This document shows positions 16,265-26,027 of a stretch of 55,589 bases of DNA, one piece after another; positions within the stretch are counted from its first letter, which is position 1, and the number at the start of each line of letters is the position of its first letter. The stretch is from an uncultured Candidatus Saccharibacteria bacterium (lineage in GTDB: Bacteria > Patescibacteriota > CPR2 > UBA1875 > CAIMLA01), in the NCBI GenBank assembly GCA_964511435.1, contig CAZEFH010000005.1, positions 1 through 55,589 on the forward strand. The letters run 5' to 3'. Under the pieces are notes generated by a model. It ran no database searches. It had not been told where the DNA came from and saw nothing but the letters and a program-made list of their open reading frames with translations. Position numbers and translations under genes: made by a program.

Positions 16265-19024
16265 ATGAAAAGGGCTAAATTTGTACTTATTGATGGCCAC
16301 GCACTGATTCACAGAGCCTACCATGCCATACCACCGCTCACGACTAAAAATGGGGAGGTTGTGAATGCGGTCTATGGCTTTACAACGATTGTGCTCAATG
16401 TTCTGAGAGATCTCAAGCCAGAATATGTTGCAGTAGCGATGGACCTCCCTGGTAAAACTTTCCGACATCATGATTATGCGGACTATAAAGCAACTCGCAA
16501 AAAGGCCGATGATGATCTCATTTCTCAGTTTCCGCGAGTCTATGACGTTATCAATGCTCTTAACATACCCGTATACGAAAAGGAAGGCTACGAAGCAGAC
16601 GACATTATCGGTAGTGCTGCGGAGAAACTGAAGAAGGACTACGACGTCTATGTCGTTACCGGTGACCTTGATGAGCTTCAACTTGTCGATGAACACGTAA
16701 ATATATATACAATGAAACGTGGCTTCACCGATACATTTATTTATGATAAGAACGCGGTGATGGAACGCTACGGCCTCACTCCAGATGAATTTGTAATTCT
16801 TAAGGCACTCAAAGGTGACACATCAGACAATATCCCTGGTGTCATGGGGATTGGCGAAAAAGGCGCGATTGACCTTGTACAAAAATACCAGACTCTCGAT
16901 AACATTTATGCCCACCTAGATGAACTGAAGCCTGCTATGAAGAAAAAACTAGAGGACGGCAAAGACAGTGCCTACCTTAGCCTACATCTTTCGAAGATTG
17001 TTCGAGACATTCCTCTCGAAATCTGTGAAGGAGACTGCAAAACCCACGAGTTTGACCGCGCCAAAGTCTTCGAGCTTTTCCGTGAACTAGAGTTCAAATC
17101 GTTACTATCCAAGCTGCCAGGGGAAGAAAAGATACAGGGCGGACTTTTCGATTTCGGCTCGAAAACACAGCCAGAGACCAAGTCAAATAAACCACACTAT
17201 ACGAAAGAAAATTACATCCTTGTAAGTACGAATAAAGAGCTCGAGAAGTTGGTAGGACAGCTAGAGAAACAGCAGCTTATTGCCATAGATACCGAAACTG
17301 ATTCGCTGGATTCCATTTCAGCCGGACTAGTCGGTATTTCGGTGGCCTGGGAGGAAGGTAAGGCATATTATATTGCTATCCGCGGTGAAGGCGGAGACAC
17401 TCTGCCTCTGACAACCGTCCAAAAAGCTCTAGACCCAATACTAACAAACGAGAAGATTAAGAAAGTCGGTCATAATATCAAGTTTGATCTTGAGGTTCTG
17501 AACGGAAACGGATTCGACGTCGCAGGAATAATTTTCGACACCATGATAGCAGCCTATCTCGTCAATCCGAATGCAAGATCACAAAAGCTCGACGAACTAG
17601 CATTCACTGAGCTTGGCATCGAGATGACCAAGATAAAAGAGCTCATTGGTAGTGGTAAAAATGAAATCACCTTTGATAAAGTCGACATCCATGAAGCGGC
17701 TCTTTATGGGGCTGAGGATGCCGATATCACCCTTCGTCTCTATCATCATTTGCAGAATGACCTCGAAGAAGGCGGGTTCACTGACCTGATGAACACCATA
17801 GAAGCACCGTTAATCCCTGTACTCGCAAAAATGGAAGAAAACGGTGTCCTTATTGATACCAAACTACTGGGAAAACTATCGAGCGAATTTGGCGAAAGAC
17901 TTAAGAAAATCGAACAGGAAATTTATCAGCACGCTGGTGAACCTTTCAACATCAGCTCTCCGGCTCAGCTTCAGAAGATTCTCTACGACAAGCTGGGGCT
18001 CCAAAATCAAATACCAAACCCGAAGGACATAAAGAAGCTACCATCTGGCGGGTTTTCAACAGGGGCCGAGCAACTAGATAAACTTCAGGAATCCGGTCAT
18101 CCAATCATCGACCTAATCCTCGAATATCGGGAGCTTTCAAAGCTGAAAAGCACTTATGTCGATGCTTTACCAAAGCTGATTAATCCTGGTACTGGGCGAA
18201 TCCATACCAGTTTTAATCAAGCGATCGTTGCCACTGGACGTCTCAGCTCTACGGGTCCAAATCTACAAAATATTCCAATTCGCACCGAGACTGGAATGCA
18301 GATTCGTGAAGCCTTTATCGCTGACTCCGGGTATCAAATTATGTCGGCCGACTACTCTCAGATAGAGCTTCGTATCATCGCTCATATGTCAGGAGACCCG
18401 GTGATGACTGCAGCCTTTAAAAATGGTGAGGACATCCATACCGCTACCGCCGCCAAAGTTTATGGCGTCAAAGAAACTGAGGTTACTAAAGAGATGCGCC
18501 GTACCGCCAAGGTAGTGAATTTCGGCATTGTTTATGGTGTTTCTGCTCACGGACTTCAGCGTCAAAGTACCCTTTCCTACGCCCAAGCACGCGAATTCAT
18601 TGATAAATATTTCGCAACTCACTCAGGAATTAAGACATATTTAGACGATGTTATCAAAGTGGCTCGGGAACGAGGCTTTGCCGAAACTCTTTTTGGCCGC
18701 AGACGTTATTTACCAGAACTTACCAGCAGCAACTTTGCCGTTCGTGGCAGTGCCGAGAGAATGGCCGCCAACATGCCAATCCAAGGAACTGCAGCAGACC
18801 TCATGAAACTCGCCATGATTGAAATTGATAAAGAAATTACCTCTGTAAGCGAAAAAACAAAGATACTTCTCACGGTTCACGACGAACTTGTCTTCGAAGT
18901 ACCTGATGCCGATACCCTAAAAGTACGTGCATTTGTGAAACAAAAGATGGAAAATGTAGTAGTACTCGATGTCCCTGTTGTCGTCGAGATTGGAGTAGGT
19001 AATAACTGGGGAGAAGCCAAATGA
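16265..19024 (+). CDS. polA: DNA polymerase I
   Basis: 5'-3' exo LIDGHALIHRAY, 3'-5' exo DTET, pol motifs DYSQIELR, AKVVNFGIVYG, VHDEL. Confidence 0.98.
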   Translation: MKRAKFVLIDGHALIHRAYHAIPPLTTKNGEVVNAVYGFTTIVLNVLRDLKPEYVAVAMDLPGKTFRHHDYADYKATRKKADDDLISQFPRVYDVINALNIPVYEKEGYEADDIIGSAAEKLKKDYDVYVVTGDLDELQLVDEHVNIYTMKRGFTDTFIYDKNAVMERYGLTPDEFVILKALKGDTSDNIPGVMGIGEKGAIDLVQKYQTLDNIYAHLDELKPAMKKKLEDGKDSAYLSLHLSKIVRDIPLEICEGDCKTHEFDRAKVFELFRELEFKSLLSKLPGEEKIQGGLFDFGSKTQPETKSNKPHYTKENYILVSTNKELEKLVGQLEKQQLIAIDTETDSLDSISAGLVGISVAWEEGKAYYIAIRGEGGDTLPLTTVQKALDPILTNEKIKKVGHNIKFDLEVLNGNGFDVAGIIFDTMIAAYLVNPNARSQKLDELAFTELGIEMTKIKELIGSGKNEITFDKVDIHEAALYGAEDADITLRLYHHLQNDLEEGGFTDLMNTIEAPLIPVLAKMEENGVLIDTKLLGKLSSEFGERLKKIEQEIYQHAGEPFNISSPAQLQKILYDKLGLQNQIPNPKDIKKLPSGGFSTGAEQLDKLQESGHPIIDLILEYRELSKLKSTYVDALPKLINPGTGRIHTSFNQAIVATGRLSSTGPNLQNIPIRTETGMQIREAFIADSGYQIMSADYSQIELRIIAHMSGDPVMTAAFKNGEDIHTATAAKVYGVKETEVTKEMRRTAKVVNFGIVYGVSAHGLQRQSTLSYAQAREFIDKYFATHSGIKTYLDDVIKVARERGFAETLFGRRRYLPELTSSNFAVRGSAERMAANMPIQGTAADLMKLAMIEIDKEITSVSEKTKILLTVHDELVFEVPDADTLKVRAFVKQKMENVVVLDVPVVVEIGVGNNWGEAK

Positions 19025-19344
19025 AATACCTAAGAGAGGTAATATATTCACTCCTTATAGGGGCACTAATTGCGTCACTAAGTCTAATAATAGTAGTTAA
19101 AACTGTACCCAAAGATACAGAAGGTTCTACTACCGACATTGTCAACCGAGAATCTACTGGCTGTTTCGAAACCGATCACCAGCTGCGTGGACTCCCCTTT
19201 GCATACCTCGAAACACACAAAAACAAACCTTGCCCTGGAATTGAGATAGATGAGCTCAATATCATGCTACTTATTGCGAACGTCGCAACCTGGTCAATCA
19301 TATCATTCGCAGGTATCTACTTAATAGGAAGGATAAAGAAATGA
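19021..19344 (+). CDS. Hypothetical membrane protein (2 TM)
   Basis: Hydrophobic ends, GLPF motif, ATGA coupling on both sides. Confidence 0.75.
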   Translation: MKYLREVIYSLLIGALIASLSLIIVVKTVPKDTEGSTTDIVNRESTGCFETDHQLRGLPFAYLETHKNKPCPGIEIDELNIMLLIANVATWSIISFAGIYLIGRIKK

Positions 19345-19859
19345 AAACCTGGCACAAGGTCGGATTCGTTATCGCGGGAGCACTAGCCCTCGCCAGTCTC
19401 GGTATTGCTCTTTATTACTGGGGGAAGCTGCCTTCAATTATCCCCACACATTTTGGGATTAGTGGTCAGCCAGATGACTGGAATCCGAAATCAGTCTGGT
19501 ATTCCTTCATGATGCCAGTACTACAAATAGTAATGCTTGGTTCCTTTATATTTCTTTATTACAAGCCCCAGTATAGTGATATGCCTACCACGCTCTGGCT
19601 GATGGCAATGGATGACAAGGTAAAAGACCATGCCTTCGACCTCATCCGTACCATGCTAGTAGGAACCTCCCTCTGGATTGGAATGCTCTTCACTTACATT
19701 ACCTACATGATGAACTACTCCGCTCTAAATAAGGATGCTGGTCTGGTACCATGGGTAATGCTCACCATTCTCGGTGCAATGATGGTTTGGCTTATCTGGT
19801 GGACAGTGAAAGTTTACCGCGCCACCCGTGACGCCATCAAAGAACTCAAGGCTAAATAA
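19341..19859 (+). CDS. DUF1648 (SdpI-like) membrane protein
   Basis: LPSIIPTHFGISGQPDDW motif; four TM helices. Confidence 0.85.
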   Translation: MKTWHKVGFVIAGALALASLGIALYYWGKLPSIIPTHFGISGQPDDWNPKSVWYSFMMPVLQIVMLGSFIFLYYKPQYSDMPTTLWLMAMDDKVKDHAFDLIRTMLVGTSLWIGMLFTYITYMMNYSALNKDAGLVPWVMLTILGAMMVWLIWWTVKVYRATRDAIKELKAK

Positions 19860-19942
19860 TATCTTCGTACGTCGTGAGTGCTATAGCTCTAGAGGAAACT
19901 CCAGAATAATAACTTGATAAACTTGCTAACATTACCAACTTT

Positions 19943-21019
19943 ATGAACTTATACATTCACATTCCGTTCTGCCGCTCAAAATGCGCTTATTGCGCATTTT
20001 TGAGTCACTGTGATATTTCAAAAGAAAACGAGTATGTCAAAGCAGTTTGCCGGGAAATTCTAGATTCTGAACTCCAGGTTCAAGAATCTATCTCTACAAT
20101 CTATTTCGGTGGCGGCACTCCTAGTCTGTTAGCCCCAGAAAATATTACCAAAATTATTACTACTATCAAGAAGACTGCTCCTCTTACGGCAGATTGTGAG
20201 GTCACTCTTGAGTGCAATCCAGAAAATATCGAAGAAAAGAAACTTACGGCTTGGAAAGCTGCCGGTGTAAATCGCATCAGCATTGGCGTCCAGACATTAA
20301 ATGATGTGGCTCGTAAACTAATCGGACGCAGCTTAACAGCTGCTGAAGTCCTGGCAAGGTTTGAAATTGCGCAAAAATATTTTGATAATGTCGGCATCGA
20401 CCTCATCTGCGGGCTTCCAAATGACGACATCATCACCACACTCCAGGCCATGGGATCTAAGCTCCTAACCCTCGACCACATTTCGCTTTATGACCTAGAA
20501 ACCGATAATGACAGTCAAATAGCCAGAGACTCAGCCAAATTCCCGCTTGCAGATGAGAATACTAGGGCTGAGATGCTTCTCTCGGCCTGGAAAAAACTAG
20601 TGGAACTAGGCTTCGAACAATATGAAATTTCTAACTTCGCTCGTAAGGCTAAGTACTGCCGCCACAATCTCGACTTTTGGAAAGGACACGATTACCTTGG
20701 CTTTGGCCTTGGAGCGACATCCAAAATAGGAAGCCAAATAATTACTAATGTCACCAACTTTGAATCATACCTGTCTGGCACAGGTGCCCCAGCCACAGAA
20801 ACTTTATCGAAAACAGAGCTAGTAAATCTGAGGCTTATTACTGCCATCCGCCTGGATAGACCCTTTGATGAAGCAATGCGTGAAGCAAGCATATTGTCAC
20901 TACCCCCGGTTCTATTTGAACACTGTCTCGTTTCCGACTACCAGCTAACAAGCCGTGGCAAGCTGCTGTATAATCAAGTTGTAAAGGAAATACTTGAATA
21001 TGAACAGACGCCTGAGTGA
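19943..21019 (+). CDS. hemW: HemN-like radical SAM protein (HemW)
   Basis: LYIHIPFCRSKCAYC, YFGGGTPS, YEISNF, HNLDFW. Confidence 0.92.
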   Translation: MNLYIHIPFCRSKCAYCAFLSHCDISKENEYVKAVCREILDSELQVQESISTIYFGGGTPSLLAPENITKIITTIKKTAPLTADCEVTLECNPENIEEKKLTAWKAAGVNRISIGVQTLNDVARKLIGRSLTAAEVLARFEIAQKYFDNVGIDLICGLPNDDIITTLQAMGSKLLTLDHISLYDLETDNDSQIARDSAKFPLADENTRAEMLLSAWKKLVELGFEQYEISNFARKAKYCRHNLDFWKGHDYLGFGLGATSKIGSQIITNVTNFESYLSGTGAPATETLSKTELVNLRLITAIRLDRPFDEAMREASILSLPPVLFEHCLVSDYQLTSRGKLLYNQVVKEILEYEQTPE

Positions 21020-21776
21020 TTACAGGTTAAGAGAGATTCGCAGCTACCACATAGCAGTTACTTTTGGCGTTTTTGTCGTTGTTGTTGGTACTGCTATCGG
21101 ACTATTCCAGTACTTTTATGATTACAGCAACAGCCACAAGTCAGAGACCTTCAGTGGAGAGCCGCGCGCTGTAACCGAACAAACCAAGCAGAAGCCTACC
21201 GCCATCATTCAAACCACACCAGTTAGCAAAAACTTGGCCGTGCCCTATGCTGCACAAGCACCCTTCGGAAACTGGACTGTTCACGAAGAATCATGCGAGG
21301 AAGCGGCGCTCGTGATGTACCATGAATACCTTAAAGGCGAGAAAACAGACGTTGTTCTGGATAACCAGGTACTCGACGCCACCTATCGTGAAATAAAATC
21401 ATGGCAAGTCAGCCACTATGGGAGCGAGCCAGACCTTGGTATGGATGCGCTCGGTAAATTTGCTAGGGATTATTATAGTTATAATTACCAGACCCTCGAA
21501 GCAAATGAGATAAATATCAAGACCGCTATTACGGAGAGTAAGCCAGTGATTGTCCCTGTAATGACTCATTCCCTTCAGAATAACATGTACGGTAGATACA
21601 CCGTCTATCACGTATTATTAATAAAGGGCTACGACGCCACGGGTGTGATTACCAATGATGCTGGCGTCGGTAATGGCCAGAATCACCATTACGATTGGAA
21701 CATCCTTTGGGGTGCTATCGACGCTCAGACCACCAAGATGGGTCAGGGGCGAGTGATGCTAACATTGTCTAAATAG
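20994..21776 (+). CDS. Membrane-anchored C39-like cysteine peptidase
   Basis: TM anchor, YAAQAP, ESCEEAA (Cys), HVLLIKGYD (His), ITNDAG. Confidence 0.8.
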   Translation: MNMNRRLSDYRLREIRSYHIAVTFGVFVVVVGTAIGLFQYFYDYSNSHKSETFSGEPRAVTEQTKQKPTAIIQTTPVSKNLAVPYAAQAPFGNWTVHEESCEEAALVMYHEYLKGEKTDVVLDNQVLDATYREIKSWQVSHYGSEPDLGMDALGKFARDYYSYNYQTLEANEINIKTAITESKPVIVPVMTHSLQNNMYGRYTVYHVLLIKGYDATGVITNDAGVGNGQNHHYDWNILWGAIDAQTTKMGQGRVMLTLSK

Positions 21777-21782
21777 CTTTTT

Positions 21783-21853
21783 ATATACTATTTCTGTATA
21801 CTATATAAAGTACTTGACAACCATATTCCGCTACATATACACTTATAGTATAC
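21783..21853 (+). promoter_or_regulatory. lexA promoter with two copies of ATATAC-N7-GTATAC
   Basis: Boxes at 21783-21801 and 21835-21853 flank TTGACA (21814-21819); the second covers the likely -10. Confidence 0.65.
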
Positions 21854-21864
21854 AAGGAGGGCAT

Positions 21865-22497
21865 ATGAAAGCTCTAACGCAAAAACAAGAACAAGTTCTC
21901 GACTGGATCGAGGAATCGGTCCAGAAAACTGGCCAAGCTCCGACTGTTCGTGAGCTACAGGACAAGCTCGGCTGCTCATCTCCGATGGGAGCTGTGGCAC
22001 ACCTGAACGCTCTGGAAGCAAAGGGGTACATCACCAAGGTGGATGGCAAGGCTCGCGGTCTTATCATTAACCGCGGTGACGAAATCAAGTCTTCGGATGA
22101 TTTAGTACAGGTACCACTGGTAGGACGTGTAGCTTGTGGGATGCCGATCTGGGCTGAGGAAATGATTGAAGAAATTATTCCCTTACCAAAAGCTTTCGTA
22201 AAATACACTTCTGATGTCTTCATGCTTCGAGCGCAAGGTGATAGCATGAACCTCGCTGGCATTGATGACGGCGACTACATCATTTTTCACAAGCAAAATA
22301 GCGCAGAAGACGGCGAAAAGGTTGTCGTTCTCATCGGTAGTGAGGCAACAGTGAAGAAGTATCGGGTAGACAAAGAGCACAAGAGAGTTGTTTTTCAGCC
22401 CATGAGCGATAATCCAACTCACTCACCTATCGTTCCCGAGCTCGGAACCTTTATGATACAAGGCAAAGTCATCGGTGTAGTAAAGAATAACTTTTAG
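21865..22497 (+). CDS. lexA: LexA repressor (start re-assigned to ATG 21865)
   Basis: wHTH LTQKQ..PTVREL, cleavage loop GRVACG, catalytic GDSM and TVKK; SD AAGGAGG. Confidence 0.93.
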   Translation: MKALTQKQEQVLDWIEESVQKTGQAPTVRELQDKLGCSSPMGAVAHLNALEAKGYITKVDGKARGLIINRGDEIKSSDDLVQVPLVGRVACGMPIWAEEMIEEIIPLPKAFVKYTSDVFMLRAQGDSMNLAGIDDGDYIIFHKQNSAEDGEKVVVLIGSEATVKKYRVDKEHKRVVFQPMSDNPTHSPIVPELGTFMIQGKVIGVVKNNF

Positions 22498-22505
22498 GTT
22501 TTATT

Positions 22506-22697
22506 ATGCAAAAAATTACTGGTGCAAATATGGATATAGACTTCTCAAATACCGACAAGGTCTCTTGGGAAGTCGGTCAATGCCCTTGGGGTTCAAACCA
22601 TAAATGTGCTGTCAAAAATGTATCAATTTGTAAATATTTCGAAGGGATAGAAAAGCCAGATATCGTAGTCTGTAGCTATAAAGGAGGAAACGTATAA
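22506..22697 (+). CDS. Small Cys-rich hypothetical protein
   Basis: CPW..HKC..IC..VC; fills the lexA-recA gap; stop overlaps recA ATG. Confidence 0.75.
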   Translation: MQKITGANMDIDFSNTDKVSWEVGQCPWGSNHKCAVKNVSICKYFEGIEKPDIVVCSYKGGNV

Positions 22698-23713
22698 TGT
22701 CCGCAAAAGAAGATAAGTCAGTAGTGATAGATGATCGTCTAGAAAACATTCAGACTGCTGTAGATGCAATCGAGAAGCAGTTTGGCAAAGGCGCTATCAT
22801 GAAGCTTGGCGAAGCTGGGAAAATAAACGTAGAAACAGTCTCCACAGGGAGTTTATCACTTGACCTTGCTCTAGGAGGCGGTGTACCAAAGGGCCGTATT
22901 ATAGAGGTCTACGGGCCTGAATCATCAGGGAAGACTACCCTGGCTTACCATGTGATTGCTCAAGCCCAGCGCAAGGGTGGCATAGCAGCATTCATTGACG
23001 CCGAGCATGCCCTTGACCCAGAGTATGCAAAGAACATTGGGGTAGATATCGACAAGCTCCTAATTTCACAACCAGATACTGGAGAACAAGCACTTGAAAT
23101 AGCAGAGACGTTAGTGCGTTCAAATTCTATCGACGTCCTCGTAGTTGACTCGGTTGCCGCTCTCGTACCAAAAGCAGAGATTGAGGGCGACATGGGCGAC
23201 TCTCACATGGGACTTCAAGCTCGTCTTATGTCACAGGCGCTCAGAAAGCTCACTGGTATTATCTCGAAGTCAAATACGGTCGTGATCTTCATTAATCAGA
23301 TTCGTATGAAGATTGGTGTGATGTTCGGTAACCCAGAGACTACTTCTGGTGGTCAGGCGCTGAAGTTCTTTTCTTCTGTTCGTATGGACATCCGTCGTAC
23401 AGAACAACTGAAAGATGGCGATAGCGTCATCGGTAACCGTGTAAAGGTAAAGATTGTGAAGAATAAGGTAGCACCTCCTTTCCGAGTTGCCGAGTTTGAC
23501 ATCATGTACAACGAAGGTATCGCTAAGAGCGGTGAGATAGTCGACCTAGGTGTAAAATACGGTCTCGTAGGTAAATCTGGCGCATGGTACGAGTACAAGG
23601 ACGAGAAAATTGGTCAAGGTCGTGAAGCTGCGAAACAGTTTATTAAGGACAACCCCAAAATTGCCGAAGAGCTAGAAAAGCAAATTCGTGAGGCAGCTAC
23701 GACAGCTAAATAA
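22697..23713 (+). CDS. recA: Recombinase RecA
   Basis: [35 protein letters not shown]. Confidence 0.99.
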   Translation: MSAKEDKSVVIDDRLENIQTAVDAIEKQFGKGAIMKLGEAGKINVETVSTGSLSLDLALGGGVPKGRIIEVYGPESSGKTTLAYHVIAQAQRKGGIAAFIDAEHALDPEYAKNIGVDIDKLLISQPDTGEQALEIAETLVRSNSIDVLVVDSVAALVPKAEIEGDMGDSHMGLQARLMSQALRKLTGIISKSNTVVIFINQIRMKIGVMFGNPETTSGGQALKFFSSVRMDIRRTEQLKDGDSVIGNRVKVKIVKNKVAPPFRVAEFDIMYNEGIAKSGEIVDLGVKYGLVGKSGAWYEYKDEKIGQGREAAKQFIKDNPKIAEELEKQIREAATTAK

Positions 23714-23721
23714 CCTTCCCC

Positions 23722-23746
23722 GCCGCCCTAGCTATACTAGGGCGGC
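23722..23746 (+). terminator. recA-recX intercistronic hairpin (attenuator-like, no U tract)
   Basis: GCCGCCCTAG-ctata-CTAGGGCGGC. Confidence 0.6.
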
Positions 23747-23755
23747 ATTAATATT

Positions 23756-24376
23756 ATGAAGATTACTACTCTAGAACCACAAAAAAACAACCGAAATCGA
23801 ATGAATATGTATGTCGATGGTTTATTTCATTGCGGTTTAGACATCGGCACCGCTGCAAGACTCGGCATATATGAAGGCAAAGAAGTAACGGCTGCAGAAA
23901 TCGCCAATATTGATATAGAGGACGAGTACCAAAAGTGCATGAATACTGCTCTAAATCTTGTCTCTAGACGACTCCAGTCAGAACGAGAATACTGGCAGAA
24001 ACTTGGTAAAAAATATGACAAGGTAGTAATCGGTAAGGTACTAGACCGACTAAGAATACTTGGCTACGCTGATGACCGGAAGTTTGCAGAAATGTGGATC
24101 CGCGAACGTTCTAACGGTCGCGGAAGTAGATTGCTTCTACAAGAACTGGAACAAAAGGGAATTAACAAGCAAATTATTGATCAGTTGTTGTCTCAGAATA
24201 ATAACTCAGACTGTCTCGATGATGCACTACGACTTGCGACCAAAAAATTCAAGCCAGAGCTAGACCGAGAAAAGAATTACTTAAGGATTTCTGGTTTATT
24301 ATCTAGGCGAGGTTATGGTTACAACATTATTAAGATGGTTACAGATCAGCTTCTAAATAAAAATGTCACCGACTAG
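23756..24376 (+). CDS. recX: Regulatory protein RecX
   Basis: ALNLVSRR..SE, GYADDRKFA, LEQKGI, LSRRGY; directly after recA. Confidence 0.9.
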   Translation: MKITTLEPQKNNRNRMNMYVDGLFHCGLDIGTAARLGIYEGKEVTAAEIANIDIEDEYQKCMNTALNLVSRRLQSEREYWQKLGKKYDKVVIGKVLDRLRILGYADDRKFAEMWIRERSNGRGSRLLLQELEQKGINKQIIDQLLSQNNNSDCLDDALRLATKKFKPELDREKNYLRISGLLSRRGYGYNIIKMVTDQLLNKNVTD

Positions 24377-24391
24377 TCGGTGACATTTTTT
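24359..24391. terminator. Bidirectional terminator between recX and small peptide gene
   Basis: AAAAATGTCACCGAC-tag-TCGGTGACATTTTT. Confidence 0.85.
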
Positions 24392-24408
24392 GTGCTTTCG
24401 CTTTATAT

Positions 24409-24477
24409 TTAGCTTTGAATCGACAGCACCTTGTAGGTAAACGCAAATGCGCCTGCCCACATGAGTAGTGGTAACAT
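24409..24477 (-). CDS. 22-aa hydrophobic peptide MLPLLMWAGAFAFTYKVLSIQS
   Basis: SD GGAGGT (24481-24486), perfect promoter TTGACA-N17-TATAAT (24539-24511), terminator downstream. Confidence 0.7.
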   Translation of the reverse strand: MLPLLMWAGAFAFTYKVLSIQS

Positions 24478-24692
24478 CCTACCTCCTCTACGCGTTTCAG
24501 CGTGCTTAAGATTATAGACCTGAAGCCATATTTTGTCAATCAAATTTTTGCCAATCTTTAGTTATATTTGCTTATGCAAAGCCATTCTTTACCTGTGGAT
24601 AAAGCTATCAAATTTCATTATAAGCAGTAGTTTTTCTTTACAAACCCATTCATTTATGCTAAAATCATAGGGCATAATAAATAAGGAAATAC

Positions 24693-25064
24693 ATGCCAGT
24701 AACGAAGTCCGCCATCAAGGCAATGCACCAAAGCAGAAAAGCCAATGAACGTAATAAGGCTACAAAAGCCGATTTTCGTGTAAAAGTAAAAGCTACCAAG
24801 AAAGCAGCTGCTTCACAGGACAAGGATTTTGCGAAGACACTTTCGACAGCTATCCAAGCACTAGATAAAGCTGCAAAGAAAGGTGTTTTACACAAAAACA
24901 CCGCTGCTAGACGTAAATCACGCCTAATGAGCGCTCTAAACAAGGTCCTCGGGAAGGTAGTAGAGCCTGCTTCAATCAAGGCAGCGCCTAAAGCAAAACC
25001 AGCTGCGAAGACAACAACTAAGCCAGCAGCCAAAAAGACTCCTTCTAAGAAGTCAGCGAAATAG
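24693..25064 (+). CDS. rpsT: 30S ribosomal protein S20 with Ala/Lys/Pro-rich tail
   Basis: MPVTKSAIK..RNK, LDKAAKKGVLHKNTAARRKSRL. Confidence 0.96.
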   Translation: MPVTKSAIKAMHQSRKANERNKATKADFRVKVKATKKAAASQDKDFAKTLSTAIQALDKAAKKGVLHKNTAARRKSRLMSALNKVLGKVVEPASIKAAPKAKPAAKTTTKPAAKKTPSKKSAK

Positions 25065-25088
25065 TAAAACCGGCCACTAGGCCGGTTT

Positions 25089-26027
25089 TTATTTTTTTGT
25101 TGTAACTCCAGTTACAAACCTTGTAAGTAACACTTTCGGATCTGCGCCACCAGTTTTCTGTGATTCATCGATAGTTAGCAGTTCCCTGTGAATCAAAATG
25201 AGCTCTTCTATAGTAAAATTACGAACCATACCAATAGTCTTAGTTACGACAAATGGTTTGAGCTTACTTCTAGTTGCAATTTCGGCATCACTCAGCCCAT
25301 GTTCCTTTAAATCCTTTACTAATAATAGATTATTAACCTGCCAACTTATCATTGATAAAGCATAAAATTCATTATCACTACTTTCAAGGAGCTTGCCTAG
25401 ATGGTATAGGGCTTTCTGCTGGTTTCTGGCAGCAAGTGCATCCGTAAAATCAAAGATTGTATTAAAGTATCCAGCATCGACAAGTTTTCCGACCGTTTCC
25501 TTTGTCACTATGGGGCTATAGGTCACTAGCTTATCAACTTCATTTGTAATCAGAGTGAGATCAGTCCCCAAGTACTGCTGCAGTAGTGAAGCGACTGGTT
25601 TCTCAATCTTACCTCCCTTGGCAGCTACTAGTTCTTCGATTTTCTGAGCTATTTCATAAGGCTTAAGCTCCCCGAAGTTCTCTATTTTTGCTATTTTCTG
25701 GACTGCCTTAGTTGTGCCTAAGCGCTGATCTGGCATTTCTTCTTCTACAAACACCAGTTCAGTCTCTGGCGGACAGGCTGGAAGCCAGGCAACAAGTGCA
25801 TCGAGAACGTCCTTATTTTTAGAAGACAATATCCCTCTCACAATCATCATTCTATGTTCGGACAAAAATGGCATCGCAGACGCCTGAGTAACAATTTCAT
25901 TGTAATCAAAGGTACCACTTATCTCTTGATAGTTTGTGTTGTCGTTAGCTAGGCCCGCTGCCTTTCGAATCGAATTCAGGCGCTCATTAACCCTATAATG
26001 ATCTTTACCAACCAATAAGTAGATCAT
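25089..26027 (-). CDS. holA: DNA polymerase III subunit delta (start re-assigned to 26027)
   Basis: IYLLVG.D, MPFLSEHR, NEVDKL, IFDFTDAL; ATGA overlap with mutM. Confidence 0.88.
   Translation of the reverse strand: MIYLLVGKDHYRVNERLNSIRKAAGLANDNTNYQEISGTFDYNEIVTQASAMPFLSEHRMMIVRGILSSKNKDVLDALVAWLPACPPETELVFVEEEMPDQRLGTTKAVQKIAKIENFGELKPYEIAQKIEELVAAKGGKIEKPVASLLQQYLGTDLTLITNEVDKLVTYSPIVTKETVGKLVDAGYFNTIFDFTDALAARNQQKALYHLGKLLESSDNEFYALSMISWQVNNLLLVKDLKEHGLSDAEIATRSKLKPFVVTKTIGMVRNFTIEELILIHRELLTIDESQKTGGADPKVLLTRFVTGVTTKK

Noticed and set aside
19876-19884. GAGTGCTA resembling a CIRCE arm
   Set aside because: The left arm TTAGCACTC is absent and the downstream gene is not a chaperone.
19890-19905. 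AGAGGAAACTCC resembling the RNase P RNA P4 5' motif
   Set aside because: The gap is only about 80 nt with no 3' P4 partner or other helices.
24594-24602. Perfect DnaA box TGTGGATAA in the AT-rich gap upstream of rpsT (possible oriC)
   Set aside because: Single box, no cluster or dnaA nearby; may be regulatory but is not evidence of an origin. A second match at 51985-51993 is explained by Tyr-Pro-Gln codons.
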